Positions 47,453 through 58,665 are shown, counted from the whole stretch's first letter. The stretch: 61,755 nt of DNA, filler included, from Globobulimina sp. (GCA_003354225.1; 20 parts of 20 records of this genome joined end to end with filler, not necessarily neighbours in it), one strand, 5' to 3'. Program-made: numbers and translations. The notes: generated by a model not told the origin, from the sequence alone.

Positions 47453-48336
47453 ATGTCTAAGGTAATTTATTCTAATAACTATCCTATTGTCAAGCTTATA
47501 TTAAAACTGTTTTCAGAAGTTTTTGATAGAAAACTTTGTGGAAGATCAAGCAATCGATGTGGACACCGATGGAGATGATGAACAGGAGGATGAAGATGGA
47601 GATGCTGATGAAATGGGAAGTTTCATAGACGATAATGAGGAGGAGTATGATGAGGATGAAAGTGTGTTTAATTTGAGGTTGAACATCCCCTCACCTCCTT
47701 CGTCGAGGGGGTTACGAGGTAAGCACTTTACTGTTTTTGAAATAGGCTAGAATCCCGAAAATGGTGAACATTGTTGTAGTGTTTTTGATGGATAACTTGG
47801 GAAATACTCAAATTATTACTCTCAACACAAATCAGTCAGCAAACTAATGAAGTCGTTTGTTGTGTGTTTTGGGGGGGTGGTCCAGTAAATACTAAGTTTT
47901 TATGTTTCACTTTTTTAGCTGTTGTCGACAACAATGGTGAAAATAGTAATATTGATGGTGATTCTGGTGATAGTGAAAGTGATGGGTCAGTGGTAGGTAG
48001 TGTCCAACACCCCAAAAGGCGAAGAATTCAGATCAGTGGTAAGTTTTGTATGATTAGTAGCATTTTTGAAGCAAATTGTGGAGTAATAAATGGTTGTGCT
48101 TCCATTAAAGACCTAAGCAATAATGATCGAATGATAATAAGCAACGACAAAGATTTTTTGTTGCAGATAGCAGCAGCAGCGGTGAGGAAACCAACCCAAG
48201 TCATAATGGTGAAGTGGACATTGGCGATGATGATGATGAAGAAATTAACACAGCGAGCGATAAGATAATAAGGGTTCCTGGACCCTCTTTGACACAGTAC
48301 AGAAATGGAACTGGCAAAGATACCATAAGAGTAAGA

Positions 48337-48370
<34 letters not shown>

Positions 48371-49140
48371 TTCTATTACAAATATTAATTGCATGTTAAT
48401 TTTAACAGAATATCAATGTAAAACATTCTGGACGAAATTGGAGAACAATTTCAACTTCAAGTGAAGATGATGATGATGATGTTCCCCTGTCCACGGTCGA
48501 GTTGGTGGAAGAATCGGATGGAGAAGCAGCGCCCACTTTGTCTCGAGAGGTTGGATTATCTCGATCACCATCACCCGAAGTGGGGACCTCACATCCAGGT
48601 CCTAACGCGTCAGACCCTAGACAACGTTCAAGATACTCGAGAACTGGTGGGAGTCGATCTCCTCCGAGTTTAGAGATGATGGAAGCGATAGGAGGAACTA
48701 GACAAAATCATGAAGGTGAACAAGAAATAATCGAAAATTATTTAAGCACAATAACCGACGCACACGATATAAATATTAATGATGAAATTAATGGAAGAAT
48801 AGAAATTAATTTTCCTTTAGGCGATGGTATTGTAAATAGGAGTGTATATCGGAGAATGTTAGCTGTATTGTTCAGAGTTCTAAGGGGAAGGACTGCAAAT
48901 GTAAATTTTGAAGCTGGTCTGTTGCTAAAAAGCAAAATTAATGACAGACTAACTCATTTCTATGCCTCGAGGAACACAAACATATTTAGACGTAGAATAC
49001 TATTCCATGGGGGAGTTATAAATGATGTGCTTAATTTGTTAATGTCTGTAGATTTTAGTAGAATAGGACATAATGTTAGACCGGATACTGATTATTTATT
49101 TATTCGCGTTACTAATTTGATTATGGTTGCATATTTGTGA
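47453..49140 (+). CDS. Five-exon gene: acidic FIDD-motif N-terminus plus a domain resembling the N-terminal region of Polinton-type pPolB proteins
   Basis: Exons 47453-47461, 47517-47718, 47919-48038, 48167-48330 and 48409-49140; all four GT-AG introns keep the frame; motifs FVEDQAID...SFIDD and NFEAGLLL....RLTHFYASRN...RPDTDY...VTN. Confidence 0.75.
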
Positions 49141-49160
49141 ATAAAATTTAAAAATTTCAG

Positions 49161-49394
49161 AAAAAAATTATCTCATTGGCAAACGAGAGTTAGCTGGAGA
49201 ATCACACACCGATTCGTTTTTCTGTTGTATAGCTATCTTTATCCTTTGCCAAGAGAGGTTTGGTGGGGGACTGAAATACGTGAAAAGATACAAAAACAAA
49301 GCTAAAGAACTGCGTCGTCGGACAAGAAATGAAATACCAAATTTATTCAAAATGGATGAAACTCTCGATTTTGAACAACTATCAAAACCGAACC
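49161..49394 (+). CDS. Downstream exon/ORF lacking an upstream start codon (KNYLIG...DSFFCCIA...), 3' partial
   Basis: Open frame from 49145 to the contig end behind a TTTCAG acceptor at 49160; YLIG...DSFFCCIA resembles the IG...DNLCFFRCLA motif that normally follows the preceding domain. Confidence 0.55.
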
Positions 49395-49494
49395 NNNNNN
49401 NNNNNNNNNNNNNNNNNNNNNNNNNNNNNNNNNNNNNNTTAATTAATTAANNNNNNNNNNNNNNNNNNNNNNNNNNNNNNNNNNNNNNNNNNNN

Positions 49495-49770
49495 GATTTG
49501 ATTGTAATTTAAATTTCCTTTTTTACTCGATTCAAACTGTAATTTACGTATCGAATTTTTAAATTTCTTTTTATAGCCATGAGCTGTGATATGGCAGTCT
49601 TCAATCACAGAATCCATATCATCTTCATTGTAACTTAGCAAATCTTCGACAATCAAACCATTTTCAACAAAATAATCAATGAACTTATCCAATCGTTGTT
49701 GTTTTAACCAATCTGTGATATTCATAGGTTCTTCTCCTCCCTCGCCAGTATCAGCAGCTTGAGCTGCCAT
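49495..49770 (-). CDS. N-terminal SAM-domain protein, 3' partial
   Basis: ITDWLKQQRLDKFIDYFVENG...DLLSYNEDD. Confidence 0.75.
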
Positions 49771-49875
49771 GTTTACGTAAGTCGTAAACGAGAGTATTGT
49801 TGAAATTAAAAAGTTTTGTATTTATATCTAATATATAACAAAGGGGGTGTGTTATGTATCAAAACTCATCGTCTA

Positions 49876-50667
49876 ATGAGTGATCGTCCACTAATGAGTG
49901 GCCAAACTAATCGAGAAAATGAAGAAATGTATGAACTTGAACTTGATAACAGGAAAAGATGTAAAATACGTCGGTTACAATCAATGTCAGGATATGGATG
50001 CGCAATTATTGGGTTTCTTATTGGTTCATTGATCACAGATATGGATCAATCATCGTTTTTGGTGAAACCATTTATATTTTATTCAAATGATAATATGTTT
50101 CATACAAATCCAAGTGATTCCATGTTGTCATTTTGCAAAATAGTGTTTAATTCTTTTTATCTGTTTCATTTTATTCGAAGAATCATTGAATCACTGACTG
50201 CAAATTATCAACGGACAGATGCAATATTCACAGTGTTTGGTAGTGGCATATATTATGGATTATTATCGTTATGGAATGGATATTGCATAAATCAACAAAT
50301 TTGGAAATATTATGGTGTCCCGCATTTGTCATTTATTATAATTGGAATAATTATATTTATTTTGGGTGAATTTGGCAATGGATATCATCATTATTTATTG
50401 CTGAATATGAGACCAAACGGATTTAAAGGACATGTTATTCCGAATGGTGCTTGTTTTTCGTTTTTAAGCTGTCCTCATTATTTCTGTGAATTGGTCACAT
50501 GGTTTGGCTGGTTTATAATGACTGGGTTTGGTGTTGGACCTTTATTCTTATTCATTTTATCTTTGATCACATTAATATTTCGAAGTAAAGATAAACATCA
50601 AAAATATAAACAAGAATTTAAAGAATACCCATTGAACAGAAAAGCTCTCATTCCATTTATATTTTGA
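49876..50667 (+). CDS. Steroid 5-alpha-reductase / enoyl-CoA reductase family protein
   Basis: HFIRRIIES, GNGYHHYLL..R, IPNG..F..LSCPHYFCE...W and YP..RKALIPFIF. Confidence 0.9.
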   Translation: MSDRPLMSGQTNRENEEMYELELDNRKRCKIRRLQSMSGYGCAIIGFLIGSLITDMDQSSFLVKPFIFYSNDNMFHTNPSDSMLSFCKIVFNSFYLFHFIRRIIESLTANYQRTDAIFTVFGSGIYYGLLSLWNGYCINQQIWKYYGVPHLSFIIIGIIIFILGEFGNGYHHYLLLNMRPNGFKGHVIPNGACFSFLSCPHYFCELVTWFGWFIMTGFGVGPLFLFILSLITLIFRSKDKHQKYKQEFKEYPLNRKALIPFIF

Positions 50668-50859
50668 TTTTATAAATTACCAAAAAACGTTTCTATAGTT
50701 TTAATGTTAATGTTTCTGGTTTGTTACATTTAAGCTGTTTTTAATCTAAATATCTGACGATCAAATTGCACTCATTTCAATGACAAAAAGTAGTATCAAC
50801 AATAAAAAAAACAAAGGTAATGATAAATAAAAGCAATATATAGTCGACGTCACATGAAT

Positions 50860-51410
50860 CAATATCAATATCATGATCTGCAGTAATTCTTATATGACTG
50901 TGCTATGGTTGTGTTTCTTGTGTAGAGCGTGAGATATATTGATTTCTTGGTTTTCATAGTGGAATGATATTGAAATGATTGAATTATTTATTTGCTTTTT
51001 TTATATTTGCCTTTATTCATTCGTTTGAGTTCATCCTCTGGCCAATAAGCAATGGGACAGCCGTGTCTATCCCCGACATTTAAACAGAATCTATAAAACC
51101 AATGATCTGTGAATTATTAATAAATACAATCAATTTATTTGGAGAACAAACGAATCGAATCGAATCGAATCGACATACATTTTGGTGGAGGTTCTGTGTC
51201 ATGCAAAAACTGTACCAACTCATTTTTCGAACCGATATAGCGATATGTTTTCGCGACACGATACAAAGCATCATATTTATGAGGTCCTTTATCTGCAATT
51301 TCATGCATTCCACGTTTTATAACACAAGTCATCGCTTCATACCACCCTTTTGGTGTTGGATATGTACGAAATTGTGGTGGTTTCTTGATTAATGGTTTTT
51401 GCTCAGACAT
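50860..51410 (-). CDS. Hypothetical protein, probably 2 exons; 3' end approximate
   Basis: ATG ORF at 51410; GTATGT intron containing (ATTCG)n near 51095-51178; a downstream frame continues. Confidence 0.45.
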
Positions 51411-51459
51411 TGGAAAATGTTAGTTAAAGAAGATTTATTTTAGGTGAAAAACAAATTAA

Positions 51460-52485
51460 ATGGCAGCAGACAGCCATGAAATTCCAAAGTATCAACGCAA
51501 CGTTAATTTCGAATATTTAGTTGATGGCTATTCTCGTAAATTAAAACAAAACATTCCATCAGCCATCAGTCAAATTATTTTATTGTATCATCCCAAAATG
51601 AATGGATATGAATATAAATGGAAATTAAACCTCAATTATTTGAACCTGAATTCTCTCGATGAATCGTTTAATAATTTCGATTCGAATGCGTTTGACGTGG
51701 GGCTACCAAATAAATTCTTCTTAAGAGCAAAAAAAACCGATAATAATATTGTTTCAGTGCACTTAATGTCCTTTCCTTTATCATCGAAATTTGGTTCGAT
51801 GATAATCCATTCTCAATTTTATTGCGACGAATTACAGGAACAGTCTTCAAATATATGTCCCGTAAATGCGACTTCTTCATCAAATCATAAGCCGTTTGAG
51901 ATTGAGGCAACCCGTTGGTGCCTAGTAATATCAACATTGACAGCACCTTCATTTACCATTGAATGCACATTAAATATTCTAAAAATTTCAGCATTTACGG
52001 ATACAAATAGCAGCCAACAAATCTGGCATAGAAGTCGTAGCAACAATAATCATCGCAACAATATCGTATTATATAATTATCAAATCATTTCGCATAAAAC
52101 TGATAATATGCAGTTTTTGTGGAATATACATTTACAAAACAACGTGAAACAAATCAAACAAATCGTGAGTGGTATTTATCATAATATTTTTCAATTTATT
52201 GTGTGGAGCCCAAATGTCGCCAGAAACAATAATTTAAAGTTTGGAATTCAAATTTGTGGCCTTCCACACAATGCGCATCGCATCGGTGTAAAGATGGAAT
52301 TGTCATATTTTAATCACACAAATAATGAAATGACAAATATTTTATCTCGTATTGACACATTCGGATACGACAAATGTATGTTATTACTCGACGAAGCTCA
52401 AAATAACATTTTAGCCAAAAAGTTAGTCAAATACAATAAATTGCAAATATTTTGCAAAGCAAATATCATCGCACGATATGGCATG
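51460..52485 (+). CDS. Hypothetical protein with LVDGY.R...IP..I..II..Y N-terminal motif and MATH-like beta regions, 3' partial
   Basis: Long ATG-initiated ORF; YKWKL...SNAF and FLWNI...SGIY patterns resemble tandem MATH-like folds. Confidence 0.6.
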
Positions 52486-52585
52486 NNNNNNNNNNNNNNN
52501 NNNNNNNNNNNNNNNNNNNNNNNNNNNNNTTAATTAATTAANNNNNNNNNNNNNNNNNNNNNNNNNNNNNNNNNNNNNNNNNNNN

Positions 52586-54350
52586 TTTGCTTTCTTCTTC
52601 CAACACATACAGGCAACCAATGCAATTATCCCACCTAACAGCGCTCCAACAATAAATATCAAAATCATCACAATTAAAATAGTATCATTTGTTATCATTT
52701 CATTGAAACCAATAGACTCAAATGATAGTGCTACATCCGTCACATTGCTCGGACTCTTTGATGGTTTGTCGGTTATCCCTAACTCCCCAGTCGTCGGTGC
52801 ATAGGTTGTGGGAGCTTTTGTAGTCGGTGCATTGGTTGGATTATTCGTGGGAGTGCTGCTTGGAGTGTTGGTTGGGTTTAATGTTGGAAATGCAGTCGGC
52901 AGTGCAGTCGGAAGAGTGGTTGGCCCATCGGTCATGACATGAAATGAGTAAATATACAAAAAATAAGCGCTAGTATTTTTGTCGAAATCTGCAGCATATC
53001 CTGGTATGTGATCATCCCACAAAGTGTTCGGTGCAATGGAATTATACCAATCTGCTTCTTGTGCATTACCATCCAAATAAGCCTCTGCCGACGAAGATAA
53101 TCCTAAGCCTTTAAACTCTCGCGGAGTCCCAATGTATGCACTTTGATCGGACATACGTACTGCTTCAAAGCCAGCAATTAAGTCTTGTGTAAGCCACGAT
53201 GTCTGTTTCCAGATGATCTCAGCCACTGAGCCTGTATTTATATATACCAATTTAAAATTATATTTACCGCTTTCATCCAAATAATCCGCATTCAGGTAAT
53301 CAAATGAACCAATTCTGCAAAAGGTATTGGCTGAAATATTATTCTCATTCTCTAAACCTGACGTTTTCACTTCAGACGAAAATATGCCATTATCGACATT
53401 CAATAAATGTGATAACAACTCGTCTGAGCATTAATTATGTCAACATACAATAAGAAAGAATATACATTGACTCAACATTGAGGTTGTACAATATATAGAG
53501 CTTCAGAGCGAGCTATTCTATTTTTAAAAGCAGGAGTTCCGAGATTATGCGCTCTGTTCGGTCCAACAGCATTCCACCAATTGGAGGCATTACCATTGCC
53601 ATTGCCATCCAAATATGTTTCTGGTGAGTTGCAAGCAGCCAAACCACCAAATATATCTAAGCTGAACACCCCAGTTTGATCAGCAACGTTTATAGCTTCA
53701 TATCCTGTGATAACATTATCTGTGAGCCATGACAATTGTGTCCAAACCAGTTCATCATAGCTTCCATCTTGATTGGAAAAGATGAGTTTAAATCGAAATT
53801 TGGCATCATTGTGTCGGTAAAACCAGGGATGTAGATTTCCTATGATACTGTAAACATTGTTGTTAATATCATTTTCGTTTTCTACGCCGGTGGTTTTCAG
53901 TGTAATGTTAAAATATCCGTCTTGGATATCTTGTAATCGTAATATCAGTAAATAGGAATTTAAATTAGAGGTTGCAGGCAGCGAACAAATGGGATATGCA
54001 TAACGTTGATTGGATGGTTGGCAGTCAAACGAATTCGTGTTACCATTCGCAAGACAAACATCATTCCCTTGTGTCCATTGCCAGGCACATGCTCCATTTT
54101 GGATTACAAGGTTGGAATCAATGGAACAGAAACTGTTGGTTGCAGTATTACAAAGTGACAATATTTCATTCAAATGTTGTTGATTTGAGATTGTAGCAAT
54201 TTGTTGGCGGTTGCATGGATTGACTGTGTTGATGTTTGTGAATGAGAATGTGTCTAAGAAATAGTTATTAGAGTGAGATGTGTAAATTGCGGCATTGCTT
54301 TGTCTAAATGCGATCAGACTCGCAACCAACGCAAACAGACTCGTGACCAT
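52586..54350 (-). CDS. Type I membrane protein: signal peptide, lectin-like N-terminus, two copies of an unassigned ~165-aa domain, PT stalk and TM helix; 3' partial
   Basis: Intron 53424-53476 joins the two ORFs; duplicated motif G.ENEN.I..N....IG...F.L......E..W.Q.SWLT...I.G(F/Y)EA...F.GL....E.YLDGN...W.N...PN...A..LYI. Confidence 0.8.
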
Positions 54351-54422
54351 TCGTTAGATATGCAATTAAGTTTTCAAGTTGTTTTATTATAAAAAACATA
54401 TACAAAATATTAACATTACAAA

Positions 54423-55397
54423 TCATGAAAGCCAAAACTGAAAACCGTCCCAAATCTCAACATATCCCATAACACATTTTATCAAATCATTAAGTATATT
54501 ATCCGGAGATTGCCGCATCAATTCATGCCACCACTGAGGACGCACTTTGTCTTCGTATGAAAGATAAAGAAGATACCGTAGCAGATTTAAAGCGGATGCA
54601 AATAGCACATAAACTTCTTTATTGTTGAGATAAATATTATTCTCGTGATTTAAATACAAATCTTGAAATAAGACGGACAAAGATGCGAAACATCGATCTC
54701 GCCATTTGGATAAACCATATTTCCTGAAAAATAGGTGGATCATATAACCAGTAAACAATGTTGACCCCGTAAATAATAATCTGGCTAACATTGAATTCAT
54801 TTTATCAAAATTTGCGAGACCAAATTCTCCAAAACCAAATAAGTAAATATAATGCAATAAATACGAATAACTGCGCTTCCTTTTTAGTGTTTTATCAATC
54901 TCAAAAAATAAAACATCCGTCGTGGCCGAGGACGAATATGTTTCCATAATATAACGTTGAGACGCCTCTGTATACAAACTAGCGAATGATGTGTTAAGTT
55001 CAAGTCCATACAATAATTCACTGCGCGATGGCAATGGCGATGGGACATAATCACCGCATCGATATTCAGCGCGTAAGTTAGCAAATAATAAATATTTGGC
55101 GAATGTGTTGTACATTATATCTTGCATTCTTTTAAATTTCAAGCTTTCTTCGCAAATATCATTCATATCAATATGTATTAAGTTATGCCATTTTTTACAA
55201 ACCACCGATACACCACAGAGATATTGAGTGGCCATTAAAAAACCAAAACAATGACGTAGCAAATCAGTTGGTATTGTTTGGACCAAAGGAAATTGTCTCC
55301 GGGGCCGCGGACAATAGGCGTTACCCAAACTATTGTTGATAATATGCAGAATTCCGCCGGTTTCAAGACGATACTCCAAGGACGTCGACACTCCCAT
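54423..55397 (-). CDS. F-box-like protein
   Basis: IPTDLLRHCFGFL...VSVVCKKWH. Confidence 0.7.
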   Translation of the reverse strand: MGVSTSLEYRLETGGILHIINNSLGNAYCPRPRRQFPLVQTIPTDLLRHCFGFLMATQYLCGVSVVCKKWHNLIHIDMNDICEESLKFKRMQDIMYNTFAKYLLFANLRAEYRCGDYVPSPLPSRSELLYGLELNTSFASLYTEASQRYIMETYSSSATTDVLFFEIDKTLKRKRSYSYLLHYIYLFGFGEFGLANFDKMNSMLARLLFTGSTLFTGYMIHLFFRKYGLSKWRDRCFASLSVLFQDLYLNHENNIYLNNKEVYVLFASALNLLRYLLYLSYEDKVRPQWWHELMRQSPDNILNDLIKCVMGYVEIWDGFQFWLS

Positions 55398-55822
55398 GCT
55401 TGTGGAGTATTAAGTTAAACTGACACTGTATCTTAACGATATATTCCAAAAGATAACCACCACCCTGGTCGATCAGTTGTATACATTTGATTCAATTATC
55501 TGAGAAACGCTTTGCAAATCCAGAAACTGTTTGCTATAGGTTTGTCTTGTGTTTGCAAATCCAGAACAAAGCCAGNNNNNNNNNNNNNNNNNNNNNNNNN
55601 NNNNNNNNNNNNNNNNNNNTTAATTAATTAANNNNNNNNNNNNNNNNNNNNNNNNNNNNNNNNNNNNNNNNNNNNTCTGGTTTTTAAAGGAGGGACTTGT
55701 CTTAATAAAGTGTATTATTCGTATTATCGGTTAAGCGAAGATCTTGATTTTAGCATGATATTGCCCTCTAATTTGTGTTCGGCTTAATCCGGTCCTCGCC
55801 AACAAAAAAAACATTTTACAAA

Positions 55823-57400
55823 ATGTCGTGTTCAAAGCAACTGTTGGTTCGATTGGATGCAACCTTGTCAAACATAGACCAAATGAAACGCGATTTGAAT
55901 AGCATTAAACAGGCAAAACAAAGCGAGGATAATAATAAAATAGGAAAAGAGAAATTGCTCGACATCAAAAACGAGATTAAATCATTGGACGAATACTGTA
56001 AAAAAGTAAAAGGAGAACAGTTATCATTGAAAGAAGAGACAAAGAGTCTGAAGGATGAAGTGAGTGCATTGGAATTGGAAAAGGATAAAAGAATAAAAGT
56101 AAAAGTAAAACGAAGCGTGTATCACCAAAATGCGATTCCAGACTCGATTGTAAATAACAAAGAATTGCAGAAAGCAATGGAACGCGGTTTGCCATCAAAT
56201 TATAATTTTGAAATCAAAAAAACAATTTGGAGATTATGTGAATGTGAACCAAAATGCAAACGTGTGGCTTTACAGTTTCCTGAAGGATTACAAATGTATT
56301 CCTGTATTATAGCAGATATTTTGGAGCAGTTTGTTGATGGCATTGAATGCATAATTTTAGCGGATGTGAGCTATGGAGCGTGCTGCATCGACGATTATTC
56401 CTCATTGGCATTGCAAGCCGACTTCTTAATACATTATGGACATTCATGTCTGATCCCAATCACTAAGATAAACGACACGTATTACCAGCGGACATTGTAT
56501 GTGTTTGTCGAAATAAATATAAATCAGACACATTTAATAGAAACAATCAAACTGAATTTCGACACAGACAAAAGAATGGTCATTGCGGGCACCATTCAAT
56601 TTGTTGGTATTTTGCAAAATGTGAAGCAAGAATTATGTGCAAATCATGGTTATGCCGCTGAGAATATCGTAATTCCTCAATCAAAGCCATTGTCGCCATC
56701 AGAAGTGTTAGGCTGCACTGCCGTGGATTTGTCGCATTTATTGATTGATTGTGTGATATTTGTAGCGGACGGCAGATTTCATTTGGAATCTTTGATGATT
56801 TGCAACCCCGCAATCGATGAAAAGGATGGCTTTTTTAGATACAATCCCTATGATAACAAGATAACGAAGGAAGTGTATGACAGGAATTTGATGCATAAGC
56901 TGCGATATAATGCGATTTCAATCGCAAACAGCAAATATGACGCGACATGGTGTATTATTCTGAGTACATTGGGAAGACAGGGAAATGAACACATTTTGGA
57001 TAGAATTTGTAAAATGATGAATGATAAAAAGATCGAATTTGTTATTCTTTTATTGTCAGAGATTTATGCGTCTAAATTGAAGCGGTTTGATTTAGAGCGA
57101 ATACAATGTTTTATTCAAATTGGATGTCCGCGTTTGTCAATTGATTGGGCCACAAATATCACACATATCCCTTTGCTGAATGCGTACGAAGCCACTGTTG
57201 CTTTGCAGCAAATTGAGTGGCAATCCGTTTATCCGATGGATTATTATAGGAGTGATGGCGGCGTCTGGTCCAATTATTATATGACGCAAAAAGAGAAAAA
57301 GGAAAAGGAAATGCAAAGAAAGCTCAGACGAAAGGAACTAAGGAGACAGAGATTGATAAAGAAAAATAATAAAAAAAAGATCGTTGTTCAGTATCAATAA
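55823..57400 (+). CDS. DPH1: Diphthamide biosynthesis protein 1 with N-terminal coiled-coil extension
   Basis: LPSNYNFEIKKT, ALQFPEGL, YGACCIDD, HYGHSCL, EVLGCT, DGRFHLE, TLGRQG, CPRLSIDW and YPMDYY. Confidence 0.96.
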   Translation: MSCSKQLLVRLDATLSNIDQMKRDLNSIKQAKQSEDNNKIGKEKLLDIKNEIKSLDEYCKKVKGEQLSLKEETKSLKDEVSALELEKDKRIKVKVKRSVYHQNAIPDSIVNNKELQKAMERGLPSNYNFEIKKTIWRLCECEPKCKRVALQFPEGLQMYSCIIADILEQFVDGIECIILADVSYGACCIDDYSSLALQADFLIHYGHSCLIPITKINDTYYQRTLYVFVEININQTHLIETIKLNFDTDKRMVIAGTIQFVGILQNVKQELCANHGYAAENIVIPQSKPLSPSEVLGCTAVDLSHLLIDCVIFVADGRFHLESLMICNPAIDEKDGFFRYNPYDNKITKEVYDRNLMHKLRYNAISIANSKYDATWCIILSTLGRQGNEHILDRICKMMNDKKIEFVILLLSEIYASKLKRFDLERIQCFIQIGCPRLSIDWATNITHIPLLNAYEATVALQQIEWQSVYPMDYYRSDGGVWSNYYMTQKEKKEKEMQRKLRRKELRRQRLIKKNNKKKIVVQYQ

Positions 57401-57909
57401 AACTCCGACTCACTTGCAACATCTTCACATTTTCATATGTGCATTATCCATAAGGGGTTGTTCTTATACAATAATTTCCATAAGTTAAGCATTGGTATAA
57501 GAAAGCAGTATTTATATCATTTCAAATGCACGTTAATCTTTGTATGTATACTGCGCTACATTACATTTTGCGTGATGTTTTTGTATGTTATTTGAAATTA
57601 TTGTATACACAAAATTATAAAGAAGATTAAAAGTAAAAAGTTTGTGGGTTTTGGATCTTAAAAGATACAAGCTGTCGAACCTAAGTACCGGATAAACTGT
57701 TTCACGACAATCTTATGATTATTTATTAAGTTAATGTCCGAGCACATTCTGTGCCTTTTTGGGGAAAAAAAAAAATTAAATTGCATTTTGAGTATGTCTT
57801 ATTTGAGTATGTCTTATTTAATACTTAGTTATATTATAAAAAATTAAAATTGAACAACTTTGAATCCACAGAAAAATAAGAAGAGAATCGAAGTGGTATT
57901 ATAATTAAA

Positions 57910-58665
57910 TTACAATTGTTGTATGGCAATAATTACAGTCTTTCTATGACCCAATTTCTCGACACCAATCTCTTTTAAATCTTCATCTGTCATTGATTTG
58001 ATTGCAACGAAATTATCAAATCCATTTTCAAGAAATTTTGTATAATATACATCCTTAAAATTATTTGGAACAGCCACTGATTCTTCAAACCATAATTTAA
58101 TCCCTCCATCAATATCAACATCATAATGCACAGCAACTGCTGCTGATGGAATTATAGCCATTTCTTGGACAGCTACACGTCCTTCACCTTCAAGCAAATG
58201 TTCTTCTTTTCGTTTTGTCGGATTATTAATTAAATGCAATGAACATATTAAATGAACACATAATAAAACCACAGCTACAATGTCAAAGATCATTGATTTT
58301 CCCATTGTTCTGTCCTGAAACGAATTGCCATCATAATAATAATAATTTTGCCAACATCCGTTCACAGCGTTTTTTGTAAACCAATGGATCATTGCAATGA
58401 ATAAAGTCATCGTCGGAATGAGTGTTTGGAAACATATCATAAATGAAAAAATATACATTTTATGTGTTTTTCTTGGTTTATGTATACAACACAATATCCC
58501 ACCAAATAATGAAAGAGACGATGATATCAACGCTGTCATATTACAACAAAACCATACTTTGCCGGTTCGTCTTGGATTATCTAAATAAGTGCAATACTCT
58601 GCATTGACAGAATCAATACAATCAGTATATGCGGTCAACCATTTATTTGATGAAATAACAGCATC
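57910..58665 (-). CDS. Multi-TM protein with C-terminal SAM domain, 5' partial
   Basis: Three hydrophobic segments followed by YYTKFLENGFD...MTDEDLKEIGVEKLGHRKTVI. Confidence 0.8.
   Translation of the reverse strand, partial: DAVISSNKWLTAYTDCIDSVNAEYCTYLDNPRRTGKVWFCCNMTALISSSLSLFGGILCCIHKPRKTHKMYIFSFMICFQTLIPTMTLFIAMIHWFTKNAVNGCWQNYYYYDGNSFQDRTMGKSMIFDIVAVVLLCVHLICSLHLINNPTKRKEEHLLEGEGRVAVQEMAIIPSAAVAVHYDVDIDGGIKLWFEESVAVPNNFKDVYYTKFLENGFDNFVAIKSMTDEDLKEIGVEKLGHRKTVIIAIQQL

Larger units (their letters stand above)
46404..49394 (+). mobile_element. Fragment of a probable Polinton/Maverick (adintovirus-like) element
   Basis: Co-oriented compact ORFs with motifs I recall from Polinton proteins; base composition and splice signals differ from the other contigs; no integrase, capsid or PolB catalytic motif lies within the contig. 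Confidence 0.6.

Noticed and set aside
48338-48370. Poly-Tyr tract in ORF 48214-48399
   Set aside because: It is a (TAT)n microsatellite inside intron 48331-48408 and is not coding.
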